The translations under genes were made by a program, and so were the position numbers. Of a stretch of DNA of 64,000 nt, positions 54,301-64,000 are shown piece after piece. Within the stretch, counting starts at the first letter, position 1. Each line of letters opens with the position of its first letter. The stretch spans positions 373,788 through 437,787 of the forward strand of contig BPKE01000001.1 in NCBI GenBank assembly GCA_026004975.1. The letters run 5' to 3'. Under the pieces are notes generated by a model that was given only the letters and a program-made list of their open reading frames with translations, did no database searches and was not told where the DNA came from. Origin of the DNA: Gammaproteobacteria bacterium. Its GTDB lineage: Bacteria; Pseudomonadota; Gammaproteobacteria; HTCC5015.

Positions 54301-56828
54301 GGCGCTCGGGTTGTTGGCGACGGTCAGGGTCACGCGCTCGATCCAGCCGCCGAGATTGACGTCGTCGACCGGCTGGCCGTTGGCGTCGAGGTTGCCTTCG
54401 GGGGCGGTGGCGCGGTAGCGAACCAGAAGGCGCGTGCCGGCCATGGCGTTGCCGAGCACGCCGACCAGCGAGGAGAGGTCGATGTCGAAACCGCCGCCCG
54501 GCAAGCGGTTGACTTCGCCGGGGCCGGAACCGAAGGGGAGGAAGGTTTCAGGCAGACCGGGACCATTGGGGTCGACGACCTCGATGCTCACCCCGCTCTG
54601 CTCGCCGTCGTCGGGCTGGCCGTTGCCGTTGGCATCGACGAAGGCCAACTGCAGCGGCGGACCAGGCAGCCCGCCGGCGCCGCTGCCGAGCTCGGCGGCG
54701 AAGCGGCTGCCGGTCCAGACGCCCGCATACGGGTCCGGGAACTGGTAGTCGGCGAGGAAGGTGAGGCGCTCGCCCTCGTTCGGCTCGTCGCCGGCGACCA
54801 GGTTGGTGTCGGGGCGGCCGATCTCGAAGGGCCCTTCCGCGGTGCCCGGGGCGAACATGAAGTTCTGCGCCGGGCTGTCGACCGGGCTTTCGTTGAGGGT
54901 GGTGACCGCGGTGGAACCGAAGGTGAAGCCGCAGGCGGGGTATTCGAGGATCGCGCCGTTGAAGACCTGCACCGGCAGGACCGGCGGCGTGGCCGGACAG
55001 GCGTAGGTGAAATCGATGACGAGGGACGGCAGCGGATCGGAAAGATCCTGCTGGTCGCCGCGCCACTCGATGTAGGCCCCGCCCGGCACGGGGACGTTGC
55101 TGTCGGCGTCGTCGTAGCCGACGCCGTTGATGTACACCCGTGTGCCGGCCGGGATGGCCGGAATGACGCCGGGGCCGACCTCGTTCGGCAGATTGTCGAT
55201 CACCACCCAGTCGTTGTCGTTGTCGATCGCGTCGGCCGGCGGCAAGGCGGCCACGTTCTGGCCGGTCAAGCCGAGCTCGTACTGGCCGGGCTGGCCGAAG
55301 TTCGAGCTGGGGCTGTCGACCTGCTTGAGGACGGTCAACTCGGGGGCGTTGTTGACGGCGTAGGCCGATTGGCGCTGCGGCGGGCTGAAAGGCGTGCCGC
55401 AGACGTTTTCGTAATACGGCGACCAGGTCAGGAAGGCGCCGCCGGTGGGCCCGGCGCAGTCGGGCACCGAGACCTCGAAGGACAAGTCGACGACCCCGCC
55501 GGAGTCGAGCACCTCGTCGCCCGAGGCTTCGACGCCGTCCGGACCGAGCCAGACGAAGGTGGCGGTGGGCGCGTCCCAGCGCCATTGCGGCCCGACGTTG
55601 GCGATCGTCAGACCGGCCAGGCCGGTGACGGTCATGCGGATGTTGCGCGCCGGCCCGCCGTTGCCGCCCAGCCCCGGGTTGGCGATCGGCACGCTGACGG
55701 TCGTCGGCGTGCCGTAGTCGATGGCGATGTTGGGCGCGGTGTAATCGAGCAGCGGATCCTGCAGATCGAGCACCACCGAGTCGAAGGCGGCACTGGTGTT
55801 GCCGATGCGGTCGGCCACCGATACGTCGTTGCGCAGGTCGGGGCAGCTGCCGCCCATGGCGATCACCGCCACTTCGGCCTCGACGACGATGTCGGCGCGC
55901 GCGCCCGGCGCGAGATAGGCGATGGTGTATTGGCCGCTGCCGGACGGCACCGGCAAGGGGGCTGCCGGGCTGGGCGTTGGCTTGCGGCTGCAGGCTCAAG
56001 GTCGCCGCGTCGAAATGCGGACCGGGCGTGTCCTGGACAAGCACCGCGAAGGTGCCGCCCGAGCCGCTGTTGTAGACGCTGACCAGCCACCGGGCCGTTT
56101 CCCCCGTGGGCATAAGCGCCGTTGGGGTCGGCCGGGTTCGGCACGGCGCTCTTGGTGACGATCAGATCGCCGCGGCGCACGGCGACGGTCTGCTGGCCGG
56201 AGACCGCCGCGGCGCTGCCCGGATCACCGGGGACGCTGTTGAAGGTCGCCGTGTAGTCGAGGACGGCGGCGCCGGCCGGCGCGAAGGGCACGGCGTCGCG
56301 CGTCGTCAGGCCGAACTCGAAGCGCAGGCGGCATGGCTCGGCACCGCCGCCCTGCCCCGGCAGCGACGTGCCCGGCGGCAGGACGAAGCTCACGGTGGAT
56401 CCGCTCTGGGTGGCGGTGACGCCGGCCGGGGCGGTGCAGTTGCCGAGCCCCGGGTCGCCGCCGCTCGCGGTAACCGTCACCGGGAAGGGGCTGACCGGCA
56501 GGCGCAGGCCGGCGGGCAGGGTCAAGCTCACCGCGAGATCGTAGGCGATCTCGTCCACGGCCGGGTCGGGCTGGCCGGCGGCGGTGTTGCTGAGCGTGAA
56601 ACGGAAGGTGTCGCCGCTGCTGTTGGTGACCTCGGCCGCACCGTTCCAGGTGCCGCCCGAGTCCATGTACTCGTCGCCGCTGCCCGGCAGGCCGTCGGGG
56701 TCACGGTCCGGGTCGGCCGGGACGAATTCGAAGTCCGAGAAGGCGACTTGCGGCTGTCCCCAGGCCAGCGCCGATGCGGCCAGCGCGAGCAGGGCGAAAC
56801 ACGCACGGCGGCGCCCCGGGAACGCCAT
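42348..56828 (-). pseudogene. giant (~4,800-codon) secreted DUF11-type repeat surface protein or adhesin; three single-base frame breaks, as sequenced
   Basis: Sec signal MAFPGRRRACFALLALAASALAWG at 56828. The gene is four collinear segments: 56828 to ~56103 (ORF 55863..56828), to ~55959 (ORF 54548..56113), to ~46903 (ORF 44815..55956), and to 42348 (ORF 42348..46760). Dozens of modules look like GDLVEYTLTVENTGTATAFDVDLVDTLPPAL. SdrD-B-like modules occur near the C-terminus. The stop overlaps the next gene's ATG. Confidence 0.85.
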
Positions 56829-57135
56829 CAGGCCTGCCCCCGTGCCAACGGCCCGCCCTCGCGGACCTCACCGCGCAGCCAAGTGTCCAACATAACTTTC
56901 TGATTGTAGGGAAGTCTCCCGAGCGCCGGCGTGATCCATGCCGCAAAGGATGCACGCATGGCGCATGCGGCGGAGCTTACCGGGGGGACAGCGGATATGA
57001 AAGCCCGGACCGTCCCTATTCCCACCCGCACCGGGGGCACACCGGCCGGGGTCCGCTTGTCCAAGGGTGCGGACGGCCCATACACATCCCTTCCCCAGAC
57101 GGTCCTGACGCCCCGCGAGGGCGGGAGGTGGAACG

Positions 57136-57708
57136 ATGAAGCCCGAAACGTTGCTGCAGAAGGAAGACGCGCTGCTGATCGTCGATGTGCAGAACGACTT
57201 CATGCCGGGCGGCGCGCTGCCGGTTCCCGAAGGCGACCGGATCGTGCCGGTGCTGAACCGCTGGATCGAGGCGGCCCGGCGGGCCGGTGCCTGGGTGATC
57301 GCTTCGCGCGACTGGCATCCGCGCTTCCACGTGAGTTTTCGCGAGCAAGGGGGCCCCTGGCCCGAACACTGCGTCCAGGACACGCCGGGCGCGGCTTTCC
57401 ATCCGGGCCTCGCCCTGGGGCCGGAGACGATCGTGGTCAGCAAGGGCACCCGCTTCGACCGCGACGCCTACTCGGCCTTCCAGGACACCGGGCTCGAGGT
57501 GTTCCTGCGGACGCGCGGCGTGCGCCGGCTTTGGATCGGCGGGCTGGCCCAGGACGTGTGCGTGCTGCACACCGTGCTCGACGCCTGTCGGCACGGCTTC
57601 GAAACGCACTGGATCCGCGATGCCACCCGGCCGGTGTCCGCCGAGAGCGGGCCCAAGGCCGAGAAGGACATGGCCCGCGCCGGAGCCCGCGCGGTCGACA
57701 CCGCCTGA
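57136..57708 (+). CDS. pncA: nicotinamidase/pyrazinamidase (isochorismatase fold)
   Basis: LLIVDVQNDFMPGGAL, VVSKG, and catalytic Cys in GLAQDVCVLHT. GGGAGG Shine-Dalgarno sequence upstream. Confidence 0.88.
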   Translation: MKPETLLQKEDALLIVDVQNDFMPGGALPVPEGDRIVPVLNRWIEAARRAGAWVIASRDWHPRFHVSFREQGGPWPEHCVQDTPGAAFHPGLALGPETIVVSKGTRFDRDAYSAFQDTGLEVFLRTRGVRRLWIGGLAQDVCVLHTVLDACRHGFETHWIRDATRPVSAESGPKAEKDMARAGARAVDTA

Positions 57709-57737
57709 GGCAACGTGCCGGCATGCGCAAACATAAA

Positions 57738-57766
57738 GGGCGGGCCTTGCGGCCCGCCCCGTTTTT
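57738..57766. terminator. bidirectional intrinsic terminator between convergent pncA and the xylanase gene
   Basis: GGGCGGGCC-ttgc-GGCCCGCCC is followed by CGTTTTT on the + strand and by CTTTATGTTT on the minus strand. Confidence 0.75.
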
Positions 57767-57787
57767 GCAGAACGCGCGCCCGGCGAA

Positions 57788-59242
57788 TCAGGTGTCGCCG
57801 AAACCGATGGCGCCGTTGCAGTGCAGCCATTCGCTGTATTGGCCGCCCCCGCAGGAGCCGTTGGCCCAAACGCCGGTGTTGTAGCTCTGGTTCTCGGCCT
57901 GGCGGGTCTGGCCGTTGACGATGATGTAGTCGATCTGCACGTCACGGCCGCTTCCGTCGTTGATGAACTCGACGGTGATGCCGCCGGACAGGGTGGTGCT
58001 GGCGACGTAGTTCTGCATGCTGGTGGAAAGCGTCCAGGTCTGCACCGTCTGGTTGTTCACGCGCAGCCGGATCTGCTCGGAACCGCTGGTGCCGCGCGCG
58101 CGCACCGTGATGCTGTTGGCACCGGTGCCGCCGCCACCGCCGCTGGCGCCGCCGCCACCACCGCCGCCGGTGACGTCACCGAAGCCGATGGCGCCGTTGC
58201 AGTGCAGCCATTCGCTGTTCGAACCGCCGCCGCAGGAACCGTTGGCATAGACGCCGGTGTTGTAGCTCTGGTTCTCGGCCTGGCGGGTCTGGCCGTTGAC
58301 GATGATGTAGTCGATCTGCACGTCACGGCCGCTTCCGTCGTTGATGAACTCGACAGTGATGCCGCCGGTGAGGTTGGTGCTGGCGGTGTAGTTCTGCATG
58401 CTGGTGGAAAGCGTCCAGGTCTGCACCGTCTGGTTGTTCACGCGCAGCCGGATCTGCTCGGAACCACTGGTGCCGCGCGCGCGCACCGTGATGGTGTTGG
58501 CGCCGCCGGAGGAGCCGCCGCCGGAGCTGCCGCCGCCCGAACCGCCGCCGGAGCTGCCGCCGCCGATGGTGACGTTGGAGTTGCCGCTGCTCTGGTAGCC
58601 CTCGGTGGCCAGGATCATGTAATCCCAGCTGCTGCCGAGATTCATGCCGACGCTCGCCCAGGCGTCGAAATGGTTGCCGGCGGTGATCGTGCCGCTGGTG
58701 CGCTTGGACTGGCGCACGCTCCAGTACTGGTAGAAGGTCTGGGTGCCGTCGATGGACGGGGCGTTGACGCGCTGCGTGCGGTAGATGTCATAGGTGCCGC
58801 CGTCGCTGACGACCGTGCCCATGAAGGTGCCGGTCGGGCGGTAGGTGCCCCAGCTCTCCACGATGTAGTACTCGATCAGCGGGTTGCGCGTCCAGCCGTA
58901 CAGGGTCAGATAGGCGTTGCCGGAGGGATTGAAGCTCGCCGAGTAGGTCACCGTGCGCCGGCCGCCGCTCGACCAGCCCTTGCCGGCGACGAAGTTGCCG
59001 GTGTTGCTCCAGGACGTGCTGTAGTTGCCGCCGGAACCGAGGGTCATGGACACGGTTCCGGGTGCGTCGGTCCAGAACGAATAGAAATACCCGCCGTGGT
59101 TGCCGGTCTGGTTCGACGTGATGGTCTGCGCACCGGCGACCGCGGCGACCAGGGCCAAGGACGCCGCCGCAAGCACCCTGGCGGCCAGGCTCGTTTTCCC
59201 CCACACCCCCACGGGGGCCTCGACACGATGTTGATGGTTCAT
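57788..59242 (-). CDS. secreted GH11 endo-1,4-beta-xylanase with two tandem C-terminal carbohydrate-binding modules
   Basis: GH11 hallmarks [21 protein letters not shown] (nucleophile Glu) and [12 protein letters not shown] (acid/base Glu). Gly/Ser linkers are followed by two 110-aa modules ending [13 protein letters not shown]. They look CBM60/CBM36-like; that assignment is unverified. Confidence 0.92.
   Translation of the reverse strand: MNHQHRVEAPVGVWGKTSLAARVLAAASLALVAAVAGAQTITSNQTGNHGGYFYSFWTDAPGTVSMTLGSGGNYSTSWSNTGNFVAGKGWSSGGRRTVTYSASFNPSGNAYLTLYGWTRNPLIEYYIVESWGTYRPTGTFMGTVVSDGGTYDIYRTQRVNAPSIDGTQTFYQYWSVRQSKRTSGTITAGNHFDAWASVGMNLGSSWDYMILATEGYQSSGNSNVTIGGGSSGGGSGGGSSGGGSSGGANTITVRARGTSGSEQIRLRVNNQTVQTWTLSTSMQNYTASTNLTGGITVEFINDGSGRDVQIDYIIVNGQTRQAENQSYNTGVYANGSCGGGSNSEWLHCNGAIGFGDVTGGGGGGGASGGGGGTGANSITVRARGTSGSEQIRLRVNNQTVQTWTLSTSMQNYVASTTLSGGITVEFINDGSGRDVQIDYIIVNGQTRQAENQSYNTGVWANGSCGGGQYSEWLHCNGAIGFGDT
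57794..58511 (-). repeat. direct tandem DNA duplication (period 381 bp) encoding the two binding modules of the xylanase
   Basis: The copies at ~57794-58130 and ~58175-58511 align base for base with few mismatches. The proteins differ at 8 of 110 residues. Confidence 0.9.
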
Positions 59243-59372
59243 GGGTTCTCGCTCTCTCTCGTTGGATGTCGAATGAACATCCGCCCCGTCCCGGCGTCGC
59301 CGGCCGCGGGCGCGGACTTTCGTTCTCCGTTACACGCCGCGACGGGGTCGCGACGCCCTCCTTGACACCATG

Positions 59373-59408
59373 GTGACAACGTCGTCACGCAATGGTGACA
59401 ACGTTGTC
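59373..59408. promoter_or_regulatory. two LacI/GalR-type palindromic operator candidates upstream of the xylanase gene
   Basis: GTGACAACGTCGTCAC (59373-59388, 7 of 8 pairs symmetric) and GACAACGTTGTC (59397-59408, perfect). Both are centred on CG with centres 22 bp apart. Each sits in the direct repeat ATGGTGACAACGT, 130-170 nt upstream of the ATG at 59242. Confidence 0.55.
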
Positions 59409-59570
59409 TATATCAGCCCGCGCGGAGGCTGTCAACAATCGGAAACGGACACCCGACCATGCGCCGGCCGGCGGCGCGCGGATACGCAAGGACCATTAGG
59501 ATGGCTCTATGCCGATCGTCGAAGCCGATCGATACGGCCTATCCAAATGCGGGCGGGGAAGAAAGCCGAC

Positions 59571-59660
59571 TGGCGGAGGGGGTGGGATTCGAACCCACGA
59601 GGGGCGCGGGCCCCTGCCGGTTTTCAAGACCGGTGTATTCGACCGCTCTACCACCCCTCC
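59571..59660 (-). tRNA. tRNA-Ser (anticodon UGA)
   Basis: Minus strand reads GGAGGGGTGGTAGAGCGGTCGAATACACCGGTCTTGAAAACCGGCAGGGGCCCGCGCCCCTCGTGGGTTCGAATCCCACCCCCTCCGCCA. It has a long variable arm, anticodon loop CTTGAAA and an encoded CCA. Confidence 0.93.
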
Positions 59661-59786
59661 GGCACCGCGCTCGGGCGGCCGTCGAATGATAGCCAGGGCC
59701 CGGCTCGGCGCCAAGGCGATGGTGGGGGAACCGGGCCTCTGCTAAGCTGTCGCAACCTTTCCCGACCGCAAGAACCGGAGGACGCG

Positions 59787-60455
59787 ATGATTCCGCAAAC
59801 GGCCACGACGACCACCGCCCTTCGCGATGTCACCGTCGGCAAACTGCTGCGCAACACCTACTGGCTGTTGTCCATGACGCTGTTGTGGAGCGCCGCGCTG
59901 GCCGCGCTGTCCACGGCCCTGAAGATGCCGCCGGTCACGCATCTGGTGGCGCTGGGCGCCGCCTTCGTGTTGATCTGGTTCGTGCTGCCGCGCACGGCGC
60001 GCTCGGCCGCCGGCCTGTGGACGGTGTTCGCGATCACCGGCCTGCTCGGCTTCGGCCTGGGCCCGGTGTTGTCGGCCTACCTCGCCCTGCCCAACGGCCC
60101 GACGATCGTCGCCATGGCGCTGGGCGGCACGGCGGTGATCTTCCTCGGCCTGTCCGCCTACGCGATCGCCTCCGGGCGCGATTTCAGTTTCCTGGGCGGC
60201 TTCGTGATGGTCGGCTTCCTGGTGGTGCTGGGCGCGGCGCTGGTGGCGTTGTTTTTGCCCGTGCCGCTGCTGACGGTGGCGATCAGCGCGGCCGTGGTGT
60301 TGCTGATGAGCGCGGCGATCTTGTTCCAGACCTCGCTGATGCTGCACCACGCCGAGCACCTGAACTACATCGAGATGACGGTGTCGCTCTATCTCGCCAT
60401 CTTCAACCTGTTCATCAGCCTGCTGCAACTGCTGGGCCTGGCCCGCGACGAATGA
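59787..60455 (+). CDS. BAX inhibitor-1/YccA-family membrane protein
   Basis: The ATG at 59787 follows GGAGGA. Seven hydrophobic segments. N-terminal LRNTYWLLSMTL and C-terminal YLAIFNLFISLLQLLG are typical of the family. Confidence 0.85.
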   Translation: MIPQTATTTTALRDVTVGKLLRNTYWLLSMTLLWSAALAALSTALKMPPVTHLVALGAAFVLIWFVLPRTARSAAGLWTVFAITGLLGFGLGPVLSAYLALPNGPTIVAMALGGTAVIFLGLSAYAIASGRDFSFLGGFVMVGFLVVLGAALVALFLPVPLLTVAISAAVVLLMSAAILFQTSLMLHHAEHLNYIEMTVSLYLAIFNLFISLLQLLGLARDE

Positions 60456-60477
60456 CGGCGGCGGGCGGAGCACTCCG

Positions 60478-60660
60478 ATGAGCCTGTGGATGAAGATCGG
60501 CGCGGCGTTGCTGCTCGGCGCGATGGTCGTGGCCATGCTGCCGGCGGCGCGCCACTGGCTCGAGCACGGTCCGCGGGGAAGCGCGGCCGAGTGGCTGAAC
60601 GCCGCCTTCGTCCTCGGCCTGGTGGTGCTGTTCGTGCTGCTCTTGATGCTCGCGGTCTGA
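60478..60660 (+). CDS. small hypothetical membrane protein (two TM segments)
   Basis: 60-aa ORF, MSLWMKIGAALLLGAMVVAMLP...AAFVLGLVVLFVLLLMLAV. It starts 20 nt after the preceding gene. No family recognised. Confidence 0.45.
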   Translation: MSLWMKIGAALLLGAMVVAMLPAARHWLEHGPRGSAAEWLNAAFVLGLVVLFVLLLMLAV

Positions 60661-60685
60661 GCGCGGCGGGCCCGGCCCGCCGCGC
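60661..60685. terminator. GC hairpin between the convergent small ORF and serS (terminator candidate)
   Basis: GCGCGGCGGGCCCGGCCCGCCGCGC is a near-perfect 25-nt palindrome. Only a weak T-run (GTTT) follows on the + strand. Confidence 0.45.
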
Positions 60686-60693
60686 GGACCGTT

Positions 60694-62632
<1,939 letters not shown>

Positions 62633-62633
<1 letters not shown>

Positions 62634-63166
62634 CAGACCGGTTTCGCCGGTTCGGCGAGCGCGGCCTCGTAGGCGCGCCGCACAGCGGGATCGAAGCAAA
62701 CCAGCAGCACCCGCTCGAGCGCCGGGTTTTCGGCCAGGGCGCGCCGGCATTCGGCGACGGCGATGCGCCCGGCCCGCTCCGGCGGAAAACCGTAGGCGCC
62801 GCAACTGATGGCGGGAAAGGCGATGCTGCGCACGCCGTGTTCGCGTGCGAGCGCGAAGCTGTGGCGCCAGGCCGAGCGCAGCAGCGCGTCCTCGCCGTGG
62901 CCGCCGCCGCGCCACACCGGACCGACCGCGTGGATGATCCAGCGCGCCGGCAGGTCGAAGCCGGGGGTGATGCGGGCCTCGCCGGTCGGACAACCGCCGA
63001 GCGTCGCGCAATGGGCCCGCAGGCGCGGTCCGGCGGCGCGATGAATGGCGCCGTCCACCCCGCCGCCGCCGAGCAGGCTCGTGTTGGCGGCGTTGACCAC
63101 GGCGTCCACCACCAGACGGGTGATGTCGCCGTCGACGAGCTCGATGCGGTCGTCCACGCCGGCCAT
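62633..63166 (-). CDS. ymdB: macro-domain protein (O-acetyl-ADP-ribose deacetylase type)
   Basis: ELVDGDITRLVVDAVVNAANTSLLGGGGVDGAIHRAAG and AFPAISCGAYGFP are canonical macro-domain motifs. Confidence 0.88.
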
Positions 63167-63180
63167 GCCCCCCTCCCGCC

Positions 63181-64000
63181 CTAGGCGAAAACGACGGTGC
63201 GGTTCTCGAACACGAGGATCTCGCGCTGCAGGTGATGCCAGACGGCGCGGGCGAGGACGAGTTTTTCCAGATCACGCCCCTTACGGACCAGATCCGCGAC
63301 GGTGTCCTTGTGCGTGACCCGCACCACGTCCTGCTCGATGATCGGGCCGGCGTCGAGTTCGGCCGTGACGTAGTGGCTGGTCGCACCGATGACCTTCACG
63401 CCGCGCGCCCAGGCGCTGTGATAAGGACGCGCCCCGGGAAAGGCCGGCAGGAAGGAATGGTGGATGTTGATGATGCGGTTGGGGAAGCGCGCCACGAACT
63501 GCGGGCTCAGGATCTGCATGTAGCGCGCCAGCACGATGAAATCGATGCCGTGCGCCTCCAGCAGGCGCAGTTGCTCGGCCTCCTGGCGCGCCTTGTTCTG
63601 CGCCGTGACGGGCAGCACGTGGCAGGCCAGCTCGAAACGCTTGGCGATGTCGGTGACGTCCGGATGGTTGCTGATGATCAGCGGGATCTCGACGTTCGGC
63701 CATTCGCCGGCGTGGTAGCGGGCGAGCAGGTCGAACAGGCAATGGAACTGGCGCGAGACGAAGATCGCCATGCGCAGTTTCTGGTCGCTGAAAAACAGCT
63801 CCCAGCGCATGCCGAAACGGGCCGCCACCGCCTCGTCGAAACGCGCGCCGATCGCCTCACGCGGCAGATCGAAGCCCGCCAGATCCCAGGCGACACGCAT
63901 GAAGAAGCGGCCGTGCTCGAGATCGGTGTGCTGGTCCAGGTCGAGGATGTTGCCGCCGTGGGCGCGGATGAACTGGGTGACGGCGGCGACCAGCCCCGGC
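63181..64000 (-). CDS. purU: formyltetrahydrofolate deformylase (N-terminal end beyond the window edge)
   Basis: INIHHSFLPAFPGARPYHSA and GATSHYVTAELDAGPII. The frame continues upstream of the track's ATG (63900) through ACT-domain sequence PGLVAAVTQFIRAHGGNILDLDQHTD to nt 64000. Confidence 0.92.
   Translation of the reverse strand, partial: PGLVAAVTQFIRAHGGNILDLDQHTDLEHGRFFMRVAWDLAGFDLPREAIGARFDEAVAARFGMRWELFFSDQKLRMAIFVSRQFHCLFDLLARYHAGEWPNVEIPLIISNHPDVTDIAKRFELACHVLPVTAQNKARQEAEQLRLLEAHGIDFIVLARYMQILSPQFVARFPNRIINIHHSFLPAFPGARPYHSAWARGVKVIGATSHYVTAELDAGPIIEQDVVRVTHKDTVADLVRKGRDLEKLVLARAVWHHLQREILVFENRTVVFA

Noticed and set aside
36526-56082. Very long + strand ORFs in the track (36526..40356, 1276 aa; 42351..46964, 1537 aa; 46882..56082, 3066 aa) lie opposite the giant minus-strand genes.
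   Set aside because: They are antisense shadow ORFs of high-GC coding DNA. Their translations are monotonous Gly/Ala/Arg/Val/Asp strings with no domain-like periodicity, signal peptides or motifs, whereas the minus-strand frames give coherent repeat modules.
46902-56105. The G/C homopolymer frame breaks in the giant adhesin gene could be phase-variation (contingency) switches or programmed frameshift sites.
   Set aside because: The runs are only 4-5 nt, whereas known slipped-strand switches are usually about 7 nt or longer. There is no slippery heptamer or downstream structure. Similar single-base breaks occur in clpB, tolA and a cytochrome gene, which points to sequence error.
56831-56848. 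A sigma54-like element, TGGCAC-GGGGG-CAGGC, lies on the minus strand immediately upstream of the giant gene's ATG.
   Set aside because: The -12 GC is displaced by one position relative to TGGCAC-N5-TTGC. The element also ends only ~6 nt before the ATG, so the transcript would start inside the gene.
57794-58511. The 381-bp direct DNA repeat could be an IS element or MITE.
   Set aside because: Both copies are in frame within the xylanase gene and encode complete binding modules. There are no terminal inverted repeats and no transposase.

Overview
This is a very GC-rich bacterial chromosomal segment. The gene order ruvCAB-ybgC-tolQRAB-pal-cpoB-queEC, and clpB-pgeF-rluD next to bamD, looks gammaproteobacterial of the Xanthomonadales/Lysobacterales type; that taxon is inference only. 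About two thirds of the window is ordinary core genome: rimI, a family-4 UDG, pssA, ilvIHC, bepA, tRNA-Lys, queC/queE, the full Tol-Pal cluster, ruvCAB, yebC, nadA, aspS, two small c-type cytochromes, clpB, pgeF, rluD, bamD, nadE, a PilS/PilR-like sigma54 two-component pair, pncA, tRNA-Ser, a BAX-inhibitor-family protein, serS, a macro-domain protein and purU. There are two accessory parts. (i) A 19.6-kb two-gene module on the minus strand (37219-56828) encodes a roughly 4,800-codon DUF11-type repeat surface protein. Its stop overlaps (ATGA) the start of a 1,710-aa protein that has three OmpA-like modules and a very large C-terminal putative beta-barrel. I see no recognisable secretion machinery with it, and it is my best candidate for an undescribed system. 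(ii) A GH11 xylanase with a duplicated carbohydrate-binding module sits next to tRNA-Ser, with two LacI-type palindromic operators upstream. Data-quality caveat: I find seven single-base frame breaks in otherwise intact genes (giant gene x3, clpB, tolA, cytochrome c x2). Consensus indel errors are more likely than true pseudogenes, so those calls are provisional. Many long ORFs in the track are antisense shadows of real genes in this high-GC DNA. All family calls rest on motif recognition by eye in the supplied translations; no database search was possible.
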